Shown in pieces: positions 16,826-24,743 of a stretch of 32,000 bases of DNA (position 1 is its first letter; each line of letters starts with the position of its first letter). This DNA is from Trinickia dinghuensis. GTDB lineage: Bacteria; Pseudomonadota; Gammaproteobacteria; Burkholderiales; Burkholderiaceae. Below the pieces are notes generated by a model that saw only the letters and a list, made by a program, of their open reading frames with translations, ran no database searches and was not told where the DNA came from. Made by a program: the position numbers and the translations under genes. Location of the stretch: NCBI RefSeq assembly GCF_003367175.1, contig NZ_QRGA01000013.1, positions 32,230 to 64,229 of the forward strand, read 5' to 3'.

Positions 16826-17137
16826 TCAGCCCTTAGGAGAAGCCGCCGAAACCTTCGTCGGCTTGAGGGCGTTCATCACCGTCTTCTGGGTCTTGCCGTT
16901 CGTGACGATTTCGAACTCGGCGACGGCCTCAAACGGAAACGGCAAGTGCTTGTATTTCTGGAACTCTTCAGCCGCACCGAGCGTGAACTCGCCGACCGCA
17001 AAGCCCTTCGCCGTGCCCTTCGACTCATCGAGGGGCGTCTCGGTGTAGACCTTCGTGCTATCGAACGTCTGGCCGTTGTCCATCGTGCCCTTGCTCGCCT
17101 TCATGCCCAGCACCTTCACGTTGCTTTCGAACTTCAT
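16826..17137 (-). CDS. Putative ssDNA-binding protein (pV-like)
   Basis: Internal ATG 17137 with GGGAG 6 nt upstream gives 103 aa, MKFESNVKVLGMKASKGTMDNGQTFDSTKVYTETPLDE.... The beta-rich composition and the position directly after rep fit pV analogues. Its start overlaps the last 80 nt of rep. Confidence 0.5.
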   Translation of the reverse strand: MKFESNVKVLGMKASKGTMDNGQTFDSTKVYTETPLDESKGTAKGFAVGEFTLGAAEEFQKYKHLPFPFEAVAEFEIVTNGKTQKTVMNALKPTKVSAASPKG

Positions 17138-18407
17138 TGCTTGCTCCCGTGTAATCCATGGCCGGATGAAAGACCGCGTCCTCTGCCCAGCCGTCATCAG
17201 AGGGGTCTAAATCGTTGAATGCACACGGTGTCGCGCGCTGATGTACTGGCGACTCGCACACTTCGTAATCGGGAACCTTGAGCCGTTCGGGCCACTCGCC
17301 GGACGTGCTTGTGATTGCTTCGAGAAGCGCCTCGTCGCCGATCAGCGGACGCAGCACAGCGAAATACTTGCCGTACGAAATGCGGATGTTCTTAACGCTC
17401 GCATCGACGTTGATCTCAGCGGCTTTGCGCTTGACCTCGACACGTTGCGGTGTGCGCGCTTGCTCAAAGAAGCGCAGGCACGGATAGGCGCCCACGAAAT
17501 AGCCGGATGGATCGAGCAGCACATCGAGCGGAATCACGCGCTTGTCGTTGCGTAGCTCAACCTCGAAGCGCACCCACGGCGACGTTTCGTCACCCTGTTC
17601 CATGCCCTTTTCGTAGACGCGGCACATCTTCCCGTTCTTGCGTCGGCCGACGTACAAGCTCCGGCCCTTGCCGCTCGGGTTGCGCCAGTCGCCGCGATGC
17701 TCGTGACTAGGGGCACGCCCAGAGCACGAGAACAGCCCGTCGTCATACCAGTCGTCTGCCTGATCGACCGTGTATTCGCCTTCCATGCAGTCATGCGCCA
17801 GGTCTACCCGCGTGATCGTCGGACGGCCGGCCGTCTGTGAGAGAAAGTCGTAGAGCCGACCCTCCCAGCCCGGTTTGGCCGCAAGGCAACCGTGCCCCGT
17901 CAGGTTCACGAGCATCGTTCCACGTTGGCTCGATCCGCCGATAGCGACGTAGCCGTACGCGTCGCCTAGCTCCCACGCGCTCAAGTAAAAATCGCGTTTG
18001 ACTTGCAGGTCCTTCGTAACGCCGAAGCCGAAAATCTCCGTCAGCACCTGGCTTGCTTCACACACAAATTCGTCATCGCCGACCAGTTGCCGACCCGCCG
18101 TCTTGCAGAACGTCTGCTCGCTGACCGTGAAGCGCAGCGTATCGATCATCGCCACCTGATCGCCGCAGGGAACCCGGACCGCAATCGTCTTGATCTCGCC
18201 CGATTCGGTAACGACGATCTGCAACCGTTCCAGCTTCGCGAGCGTCGCTCTGTTCGTATCCCCCCTGTTAGTACGGGGGGGGCATTCGCGCGGAGCGCCG
18301 CCGCGTCCGTCCTCGACGCTCCGGGCGGGCGCGGCGTCGCGCCTTGCGGTAGGGCGATTAGGACTCCTAAGAGTCTCCGAAATGGCAGCGTTCTTGAGTT
18401 TGCCCAT
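17058..18407 (-). CDS. Rolling-circle replication initiation protein (Rep_trans / RstA-like)
   Basis: 449 aa. IDTLRFTV, TRVDLAHDC and GRSLYVGRRKNGKMCRVYEKG...WVRFEVELRN match my memory of the Rep_trans signature found in CTXphi RstA and RSS/Cf-type phages. The N-terminal 60 aa or so is low complexity, so the true start could be downstream. Confidence 0.85.
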   Translation of the reverse strand: MGKLKNAAISETLRSPNRPTARRDAAPARSVEDGRGGAPRECPPRTNRGDTNRATLAKLERLQIVVTESGEIKTIAVRVPCGDQVAMIDTLRFTVSEQTFCKTAGRQLVGDDEFVCEASQVLTEIFGFGVTKDLQVKRDFYLSAWELGDAYGYVAIGGSSQRGTMLVNLTGHGCLAAKPGWEGRLYDFLSQTAGRPTITRVDLAHDCMEGEYTVDQADDWYDDGLFSCSGRAPSHEHRGDWRNPSGKGRSLYVGRRKNGKMCRVYEKGMEQGDETSPWVRFEVELRNDKRVIPLDVLLDPSGYFVGAYPCLRFFEQARTPQRVEVKRKAAEINVDASVKNIRISYGKYFAVLRPLIGDEALLEAITSTSGEWPERLKVPDYEVCESPVHQRATPCAFNDLDPSDDGWAEDAVFHPAMDYTGASNEVRKQREGAGHEGEQGHDGQRPDVR

Positions 18408-18410
18408 GGC

Positions 18411-18581
18411 TTAGGCGTTGACTTCGACGGGAACGAGGGTCAACCGATTCGGCTGACGACCTTGGCGATAGAGAGCAGCACGAGCTTTGTCTCGTGCCTT
18501 GATGACGGTTCGCGCACGGACCTCGACCGTTGCGATGAGCGTACCGTGCACCGTGTACGCGTGGACTCGATATGCAGACAC
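18411..18581 (-). CDS. Possible 56-aa ORF upstream of rep (GTG start), absent from the ORF track
   Basis: The minus strand has GTG at 18581 with GGGG 6-8 nt upstream and an in-frame TAG two codons before it. Translation: (M)SAYRVHAYTVHGTLIATVEVRARTVIKARDKARAALYRQGRQPNRLTLVPVEVNA*. The TAA lies 3 nt before the rep ATG. Confidence 0.35.
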   Translation of the reverse strand: MSAYRVHAYTVHGTLIATVEVRARTVIKARDKARAALYRQGRQPNRLTLVPVEVNA

Positions 18582-18793
18582 AGCTACCCCGTTCGGTTGA
18601 TCGTTCTGTTACCGGCGGCCCGCCGGTTGGCTTTTACCGAAGCTGCAAGCGCTACGCTTCCCCTCGAAAAGTGGGCGGCTGGACTAGCCCGCCCCGAGTA
18701 GCCGTGCTCCGAGGGGAGAGGCCGCACGGCTCGGCCACCTGGCGACGGCGGTTTACCTTTTCGCCGAAGCTGATAGACTGCGCCTTGCCGAGT

Positions 18794-18849
18794 AGCCGTG
18801 AACATTCACGGCTCACCGTGAGCCGGAATATTTCACGGCTTGCCGTGAA
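18794..18849. promoter_or_regulatory. Operator-like palindromes in the repressor/rep switch region
   Basis: AGCCGTGAA-CA-TTCACGGCT (18794-18813), GCTCAC-C-GTGAGC (18811-18823) and TTCACGGC-TT-GCCGTGAA (18832-18849), all within 75 nt upstream of the repressor ATG at 18868. The half-site GCCGTGAA occurs in both orientations. Confidence 0.5.
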
Positions 18850-18867
18850 CTGTCAAGGGGAAATCGT

Positions 18868-19323
18868 ATGGACATTGCAGAACTTCTCGACGCAGCGAAG
18901 CGCAAGAAAAAGACGCTAGGCGCAGTCGCGGACGGCCTTGGCGTACATCAAAACCGGCTCTCAGAATGGCGCAAAGGCACGTACAAGCCGGATGCGACGA
19001 CGATCGCTCAGCTTGCGGAAATGGCCGAATTACCAATATTTGAGACAGTCGCCCAAGTAGAGGCTTCGCTCGACCACAGCCAAGCAGCTGCGGTATGGGA
19101 GCGCGCCTTGGGAAAGCTCCGCGCGGCCGGGGTAGCCGCGACCGTGATCCTTGGACTCGCGATTTATTCGATGACGCCTAAAAATGCGTCGGCTGCTGTC
19201 ACAAATTTTGTGACGCCCTCGCCCGTCGAAGCCGCAACAGCGCTGAAAACTGGCCCCAACAGTGTTCGCGTTATGTCAAATCACATAAACCAGTCTTCAT
19301 CGACTGGACCATCTCCACCGTGA
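18868..19323 (+). CDS. XRE/Cro-CI-type HTH repressor-like protein with a C-terminal hydrophobic segment (3' end altered by integration)
   Basis: AGGGGA RBS. HTH KKTLGAVADGLGVHQNRLSEWRKGTYKPD. Hydrophobic stretch AAGVAATVILGLAIYSM. The ORF crosses attR (19265-19281) and ends in flanking chromosomal DNA. Confidence 0.8.
   Translation: MDIAELLDAAKRKKKTLGAVADGLGVHQNRLSEWRKGTYKPDATTIAQLAEMAELPIFETVAQVEASLDHSQAAAVWERALGKLRAAGVAATVILGLAIYSMTPKNASAAVTNFVTPSPVEAATALKTGPNSVRVMSNHINQSSSTGPSPP
19265..19281 (+). repeat. attR core: TTCGCGTTATGTCAAAT
   Basis: Exact 17-bp direct repeat of 9254-9270. The 11 nt to its left (CCCCAACAGTG) do not resemble a XerC arm. Confidence 0.8.
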
Positions 19324-19528
19324 TGAGCTTCGGGGCCGGCTTGTCAGGAATCCGCGTGGTGGTAATGATGATGTCCGCATCTCTCGTCTGCTAATTCATA
19401 ACAGCAAAAAAGCGGGCCGCGCATGACTCGAACCAACGGCACGACCGCGCCCTTGACGCGAAAGGAATTCCGAAAAAATTAGGTCATAATCGTGGCTCCT
19501 CCGAGCAACCGATGAGTACGCGCAGCAC

Positions 19529-21463
19529 ATGGCCTTCAGCGAACCGGGATCAGCACTTTTCAAGTGGGTAGCGTCGTCGGTGCCGGGCCTGAGCGCCACC
19601 AATCGGCAAGCCCTGCTCGCCAATCTGTTCACCCGCACGCCGGAGATCCTTTTCGCGGCGATTTGCGAAGTCAGTGTCGCAGCAACGGCCTGCTACCGGC
19701 ATCGAACGCCGCTGTACGGGTATTGGATCGCCGCCATCCTCGCGTTACTGGCGACACGACTGACGTTGATTTGCGCTTGCCGTCGGCGCGCAGCATCCGA
19801 TCAGCCGACGTTCACGTCGGCCTATTTGTTCGCAAGCATCCTGTGGAGCGCACTCTTCGGTTTCGGCGCCTTTCTTTGCAACACGAGTGGCGACCCCACC
19901 CTCTTCCTGCTGGGGAACGTGTGCGCAGTCGGCGTCATCGGCGGCCTGGCCGGGCGCAATGCCGGTACGCCCCGCCTTGCAATGGTCCAGATCTCTCTCA
20001 TTCTCGGCCTGCTCGGCTTAGGCGCGGCGTTATCGCCCGGCGAAGGCAAAATCATATTGCTCTTTCAAGCGCCTTTTTGCGCGGCGGGCTTTTTTTCGGT
20101 CGCGCTGCGCAGCAATCGCGACACCGTAAGTTTGCTAAAAGCGCGTGAACACAGCCATCACCTCGCGGTACACGACAGCCTCACCGGCCTGCCCAATCGC
20201 GCCCGTATCAATGAGCTACTGCTCGAGCGAACCGAAGCCAGCGAAACGCGCAAGACGTCATCCTTTGCGCTGCTTTTGATCGATCTCGATGGCTTCAAAG
20301 CCATCAATGACAGCCTGGGTCACGCCGCGGGGGACCGCATCCTGCAGGAAGCAGCGGGCCGCCTAAGCGAAATGTTCGCGCACAACGACCTGGTTGGGCG
20401 TTTGGCCGGCGACGAGTTCGTTGCGATCTGCGACGGTGTTTTTTCGGAGAACATCGCAAACTCCATGGCAGCGAGAATCGTCAAGCAATTGTCGCAGCCT
20501 TTCGTATTGCCGGAAGGCACCGTACACATTGGCGCCAGCGTCGGCATATCGTTGTACCCCGACCATGCGAACACGGGTCCTGAGCTTCTAATCTGCGCCG
20601 ACCGCGCGCTGTACGCAGTGAAACGTGGCGGCAAAAGAGCGTTCGCCGTCTTCGACGCCAACGAGCACGCTTTCGACGAAAGCCTGAGTTTGCTACGCAG
20701 CGACCTGGAGGGTGCGCTTCAATCGTTCTCGGGCCTGCGAATGGAGTATCAATCGATCATCGCGCTTCATGATGGATCCATCTCCGGCCGCGAAGCGCTT
20801 CTTCGTTGGAAGCATCCGGTTCGTGGCGAGCTGTCGCCCGCCGCGTTTATTCCGATCGCCGAACGTACAGGCTTGATCGTCGCATTGGGCGAATGGGTGC
20901 TGCGGCAATCATGCGCGGATGCAATGACCTGGCGCGATGCGGCAACGCTGTCCGTCAATGTTTCGCCCGTGCAGCTCCAAGAGGATTCGTTCGCGTCGAC
21001 AGTCGCTGCGATTCTGCAGCAGACGAATTTTCCCGTGCAGCGCTTGTACATCGAGGTAACCGAGACGGTATTTCTCGCTGACGATGTCAGAACCCGCCGG
21101 AACCTGACGAAGCTTCGGGACATGGGCATTGGATTGGTCCTCGACGACTTCGGCGCGGGCTTTTCGACGATGTCCACCCTCGTCCGCTTCTCTTTTGACC
21201 GCATCAAGATCGATGGGTCGTTCGTCAAGGAGGCCTTGCACTCGGAGAAGGCAGCCGCGGCAGTTCGGGCCATTGTGTCGGTGGCGCGCGATATGGGCAT
21301 GCCGACCACGGCCGAGGCTGTCGAGACGCATCAGCAACTCGAATTTGTGCGCGCGTGCGGATGCACGTATGTGCAGGGCTTCCTTCTCGGTCTACCGGCC
21401 CGAGCCGAATCGATCGCGTGCATTGATGCCGCGGCACCGGATGCGACTGTGGCAACTCGATGA
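19529..21463 (+). CDS. Membrane-anchored GGDEF-EAL (c-di-GMP turnover) protein
   Basis: 644 aa with an N-terminal multi-TM region. The GGDEF domain shows HDSLTGLPNR and RLAGDEFVAI. The EAL domain shows EALLRWKHP, YIEVTE and LVLDDFGAG. The start codon is uncertain. Confidence 0.9.
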   Translation: MAFSEPGSALFKWVASSVPGLSATNRQALLANLFTRTPEILFAAICEVSVAATACYRHRTPLYGYWIAAILALLATRLTLICACRRRAASDQPTFTSAYLFASILWSALFGFGAFLCNTSGDPTLFLLGNVCAVGVIGGLAGRNAGTPRLAMVQISLILGLLGLGAALSPGEGKIILLFQAPFCAAGFFSVALRSNRDTVSLLKAREHSHHLAVHDSLTGLPNRARINELLLERTEASETRKTSSFALLLIDLDGFKAINDSLGHAAGDRILQEAAGRLSEMFAHNDLVGRLAGDEFVAICDGVFSENIANSMAARIVKQLSQPFVLPEGTVHIGASVGISLYPDHANTGPELLICADRALYAVKRGGKRAFAVFDANEHAFDESLSLLRSDLEGALQSFSGLRMEYQSIIALHDGSISGREALLRWKHPVRGELSPAAFIPIAERTGLIVALGEWVLRQSCADAMTWRDAATLSVNVSPVQLQEDSFASTVAAILQQTNFPVQRLYIEVTETVFLADDVRTRRNLTKLRDMGIGLVLDDFGAGFSTMSTLVRFSFDRIKIDGSFVKEALHSEKAAAAVRAIVSVARDMGMPTTAEAVETHQQLEFVRACGCTYVQGFLLGLPARAESIACIDAAAPDATVATR

Positions 21464-21594
21464 AAGCCGTTTCCGAACAATGGCTTATCCGCTCAGCGAA
21501 GCGCAAACCCACAGCTTTATCAACAGATTCTGTGGATAACCGCGCGGCTCAAACCAAGTTGCGATATCAGTGAGTGCCGGAAGGGGTAAATGCG

Positions 21595-22764
21595 CTACCG
21601 CTTCGACTTTGCCCTCGGCTTTTCGGCGAGCGCTTCCCGCAGGTGACCTGCCGTCGTTTGCCTAATCCACTCGGCGTACGCCTCGTCTTCTATGCGGTAG
21701 CGTCCGCGCTCAAGCCGTGTCACTACATTCCCGTCCTGGAGTCTTCGCAAGGCGTGGCTAACTGTGCTCGGTGTGGTCGGGCTGCCGGCAAGCGTGCTGA
21801 GATACCGAAGCCCCGCAACCGAATGCAGGTCCGAATCGCCACTCGCGACCAAAATGAGCACCGCCCGATCAGCAGCACCGGAGCCGGTCCACTGCCTCAG
21901 GAAGTGTTGATCGGAGAACACGGTCGCTTTCGTGTGTTCTAGCGCAGCATCGACACCCTCGAGCTGGTAAAGCACGAATCGCTCGATAAACCGCTTAAAG
22001 AACTCCGGCGTCCGGTGCAGTGCTTCGAACGCACGCTTGCCGTCCGTCAGCGTCAAGGTGTTCCGTGCAAGGCTGTTGGTCAATTCCACGGTGAACGCAA
22101 CAAACTCGTCGCCAAGCAGCGGAAACGGTTCTAGGGGCGCCCAGTTATAGAACGGCTCCGAAGAGCGGGCAAACATATCCCGCAGCGTTGTTTCCGAGCT
22201 ACCGGCAAACACCACCTTGATGCGGTCTTTGCGGATGTCTAGCGCTGCCCGAAGGGCATGAGCGAATACGCTGTGCACTTCCTTCGCAAGCACCTGCGCT
22301 TCGTCGATGACGAGAATCAACGGCTTCTTCTGACGATCGAGCTGGCGCAGTACCTCCCGCATCGTTGCGGCGCTGTCCGCGTCGAGTTGCGCCAAATCTG
22401 CCTCGATCGAGCCTTCCGCCAAGCCAGGCAGCTTCGCGCTCGCCTTGAGTTTTTTGACTGGCTTTCCCAACGCGGTCATCACCGCCCGGAACCCTCGCGG
22501 TTCGAGCGCCTGGGCCAAGGCAGAGACAATCGCAATGTCCGGCGTGCTCGTGTCCCAAAGATTCGTATAGGCGACCAGGTATTCCTTCTCGACTGCAGCC
22601 GGCAGCAGATCCTTGCACAGAAATTCGGTCTTACCCATCCTGCGGCGCGCGAATAGCCCCCGCGCCGCAGTCAGGCCAAGCGCGAATGCATTCAAATAGG
22701 CTTCCGCCAACTTAGGCCGGGCAAAGTGCCACGCATCGACGGCCGTTTTCTCGTGAATTCTCAT
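21595..22764 (-). CDS. Orphan ATP-binding protein (archaeal-type AAA ATPase fold with a C-terminal wHTH)
   Basis: P-loop-like ARRRMGKTEF, Walker B LILVIDEAQ and a C-terminal wHTH-like TVSHALRRLQDGNVVTRLERGRYRI. The track start at 22767 is GTG and the adjacent ATG is at 22764. Confidence 0.8.
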   Translation of the reverse strand: MRIHEKTAVDAWHFARPKLAEAYLNAFALGLTAARGLFARRRMGKTEFLCKDLLPAAVEKEYLVAYTNLWDTSTPDIAIVSALAQALEPRGFRAVMTALGKPVKKLKASAKLPGLAEGSIEADLAQLDADSAATMREVLRQLDRQKKPLILVIDEAQVLAKEVHSVFAHALRAALDIRKDRIKVVFAGSSETTLRDMFARSSEPFYNWAPLEPFPLLGDEFVAFTVELTNSLARNTLTLTDGKRAFEALHRTPEFFKRFIERFVLYQLEGVDAALEHTKATVFSDQHFLRQWTGSGAADRAVLILVASGDSDLHSVAGLRYLSTLAGSPTTPSTVSHALRRLQDGNVVTRLERGRYRIEDEAYAEWIRQTTAGHLREALAEKPRAKSKR

Positions 22765-22815
22765 CACATTTGGGAATTCTCAAATCTCGTGGGAATTCAT
22801 GATACAACAGCTCAC
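22735..22815 (+). repeat. 81-bp direct repeat, copy 1 (covers the ATPase start and upstream region)
   Basis: Aligns with 23881-23961 with about 10 mismatches. It contains three GAATTC-centred dyads at 22755, 22774 and 22793, spaced 19 bp apart. Confidence 0.8.
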
Positions 22816-23023
22816 AGCAGCATGAACGAGATAGCTGAAACACAGTTGAACATCCGCACGAGTACAGCCTGCCGATCACATGATCACAGGCCCGGATGCG
22901 CGGGTGGCGGCCGCCATGATGCCCGACCCGCCAGAGCCGTACATCGACTAGAACTGCACCACGTTGACGCGCAAATAGTGACCGTACAAAATGCGCGGTC
23001 CTTATCTCCGTCTGCGCAATTCC

Positions 23024-23881
23024 ATGGCTGACACCTCTCATGCCCTTCCCGACAACTGCCCCAATTGCGATGCTCCCGTGCATGGGCCTTATTGCGCACA
23101 ATGCGGCCAGGAGACAGTGCATGAACTGCCGACCTTGCGGGAATTTGCGCACGAGTACTTGCATCACTACGTGGCCGCGGACGGCAAGCTCCTGCCCACG
23201 CTGAAGCTGCTGCTGTTCAAGCCCGGGCAGTTGACGCTCGAATATCTGGCCGGCCGGCGGGCGCAGTACGTCAAGCCGCTGTCGATTTACGTCACGTTCA
23301 GCTTTCTGTTTTTTCTTTTCCTGAGCCTGATGGGGTCCATCCAGTCCAGTCCTCTCGTTTACGTCGACAATCGGCCGGTGGCACACCCGGAGCAACACCT
23401 CGCCAAGCTCGCGGCATCCGAAGCCGATCCCGATGACCGGAAAGTGGTCGACGCCATCGCCGGCGTCATGACCGAACTGCAACAGCCCGGCAAATTGGCC
23501 GAGTTCAGCGAACATCTACTGCACCGTCTGCCGTATGCGGTTTTTGCCCTCATGCCGGTTTTCGCGGCGCTGTTTGCGTTCGTCTATCGGAACCGTCACA
23601 AGAACTACGGCGTACATGTGCTGTTTACGTTGCACCTGAACGCGTTCATCTTTGCGGTCTTTCTGCTGTGTTTGATCCCTGCCGTGCGAGCCCATTCCGG
23701 TTGTGCGGCCGCCGCGATCTTCGCCTACCTCGTGGTTGCGCTCAAGCGAGTGCACGAGGGACGATGGTGGCCGCAGCTCGCGCGCGGCTTGCTGCTGGGC
23801 ACTTGCTACGCTTTGCTAAGCGGCATGGTGATCGGTGTCGTCATGATTGCATCGTCAGGCCTGCAATTGCGTCTTCATTGA
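23024..23881 (+). CDS. Zinc-ribbon membrane protein (DUF3667-like)
   Basis: ATG 23024 gives MADTSHALPDNCPNCDAPVHGPYCAQCGQE (a CxxC...CxxC zinc ribbon), followed by several TM helices. The track ORF starts 11 codons earlier. Confidence 0.75.
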   Translation: MADTSHALPDNCPNCDAPVHGPYCAQCGQETVHELPTLREFAHEYLHHYVAADGKLLPTLKLLLFKPGQLTLEYLAGRRAQYVKPLSIYVTFSFLFFLFLSLMGSIQSSPLVYVDNRPVAHPEQHLAKLAASEADPDDRKVVDAIAGVMTELQQPGKLAEFSEHLLHRLPYAVFALMPVFAALFAFVYRNRHKNYGVHVLFTLHLNAFIFAVFLLCLIPAVRAHSGCAAAAIFAYLVVALKRVHEGRWWPQLARGLLLGTCYALLSGMVIGVVMIASSGLQLRLH

Positions 23882-23961
23882 TCGACGGCAGTTTTCTCAT
23901 GAATTCTCATCACCCTTGAGAATTCTCAAACCCTGTGAGAATTCATGATACAAAAGCTCAC
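23881..23961 (+). repeat. 81-bp direct repeat, copy 2 (carries a truncated duplicate of the ATPase 5' end)
   Basis: Its minus strand reads GTG ATG AGA ATT CAT GAG AAA ACT GCC GTC GAT CAA TGA, giving (M)MRIHEKTAVDQ*. This reproduces the first 10 or so codons of the ATPase. GAATTC dyads lie at 23901, 23920 and 23939, including the perfect TTGAGAATTCTCAA. Confidence 0.8.
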
Positions 23962-24026
23962 GAAACCGGCCTTGGCGCCGCTGTCAGCACATGCGTCTGC
24001 GCGTGGTAGCACGTGTTATATGATGC

Positions 24027-24051
24027 TATAATTGATGCAACTTGGCATCAA
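24027..24051 (+). promoter_or_regulatory. Candidate vapBC promoter -10 element and operator
   Basis: Extended -10 TGCTATAAT (TATAAT at 24027-24032) overlaps the 7-bp inverted repeat TTGATGC (24032-24038) / GCATCAA (24045-24051). This lies just upstream of the GGAG RBS and the vapB ATG at 24064. Confidence 0.4.
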
Positions 24052-24063
24052 GCTGGAGTCGAA

Positions 24064-24270
24064 ATGCGAACCACCGTTACGATCGACGACAACCTCTATG
24101 AGCGCGCGCTTGAGCTTGCCGACCCAGGCATGGACAAAGCCGACCTTTTCCGCGTGGCCATGCAGATGTTTGTTCGGGTTCAGGCCGGTAAGCGTCTGGC
24201 GGCTTTGGGCGGCACCGAGCCCGCTATGTCCGACATCCCCCGGCGCCGGTCGGAGCCTACGGCTCGATGA
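24064..24270 (+). CDS. vapB: Type II antitoxin, VapB family
   Basis: 68 aa from ATG 24064, [19 protein letters not shown]..., a typical VapB-type N-terminus. ATGA overlap with the PIN toxin gene. Confidence 0.85.
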   Translation: MRTTVTIDDNLYERALELADPGMDKADLFRVAMQMFVRVQAGKRLAALGGTEPAMSDIPRRRSEPTAR

Positions 24271-24647
24271 GCGTCCTGATCGACACATCCGTCTGGGTTG
24301 ATCATTTCCGTCGCACAAACGCGAGACTTGTCCAACTGCTCACCGGCGACGAGGCGCTCACGCACCCGGTCGTGCTTGTCGAACTCGCCTGCGGCACTCC
24401 TCCTGCGCCCCGGGTACGGACGCTCCACGATATCGCGCTGCTGCAACATGCGACGCACGCGACATGGACCGAGGTGATGGAGTTGATCGAGGCGAGACGA
24501 TTTTACGGTCGCGGCTGTGGCAGCAGCGACCTTACGCTGCTCGCGTCAACCTTGATGACTCCCGGTGCATTACTTTGGACCTCGGACAAACGGCTCGCCC
24601 AGCTCGCCAGTGAATCAGGCGTCGCGTATATGCATGATGTCCACTAG
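24267..24647 (+). CDS. vapC: Type II toxin, PIN-domain ribonuclease VapC
   Basis: 126 aa with [14 protein letters not shown] (first acidic residue), VLVELACG and SSDLTLLAS, the PIN acidic-residue contexts. Confidence 0.9.
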   Translation: MSVLIDTSVWVDHFRRTNARLVQLLTGDEALTHPVVLVELACGTPPAPRVRTLHDIALLQHATHATWTEVMELIEARRFYGRGCGSSDLTLLASTLMTPGALLWTSDKRLAQLASESGVAYMHDVH

Positions 24648-24743
24648 GGACGTCATTCGTGCTCTGTACTCCAGGCGATGCAGGTGTGCGCAAATTCGTC
24701 GAGGCTATACCTCGATGCTCGATACTAGTGAGGAGGCGCTTCG

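Larger units (their letters stand above)
9254..19281 (-). mobile_element. Integrated filamentous (inovirus-like) prophage, about 10 kb, apparently complete
   Basis: Bounded by exact 17-bp direct repeats. Visibly lower G+C than the flanks. Canonical inovirus gene order on one strand: Rep_trans-type initiator, pV-like, small membrane proteins, major coat, pIII-like, pVI-like, Zot/pI and secretin. A divergent XRE repressor is present. No integrase is present. Confidence 0.85.

Noticed and set aside
19396-19638. 80-aa minus-strand ORF upstream of and overlapping the GGDEF-EAL gene
   Set aside because: It overlaps the start of the well-supported GGDEF-EAL ORF in antisense and has no RBS or motifs.
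22712-23515. 267-aa minus-strand ORF
   Set aside because: It is antisense to the zinc-ribbon membrane-protein gene and spans repeat copy 1 and the intergenic DNA. It has no motifs.
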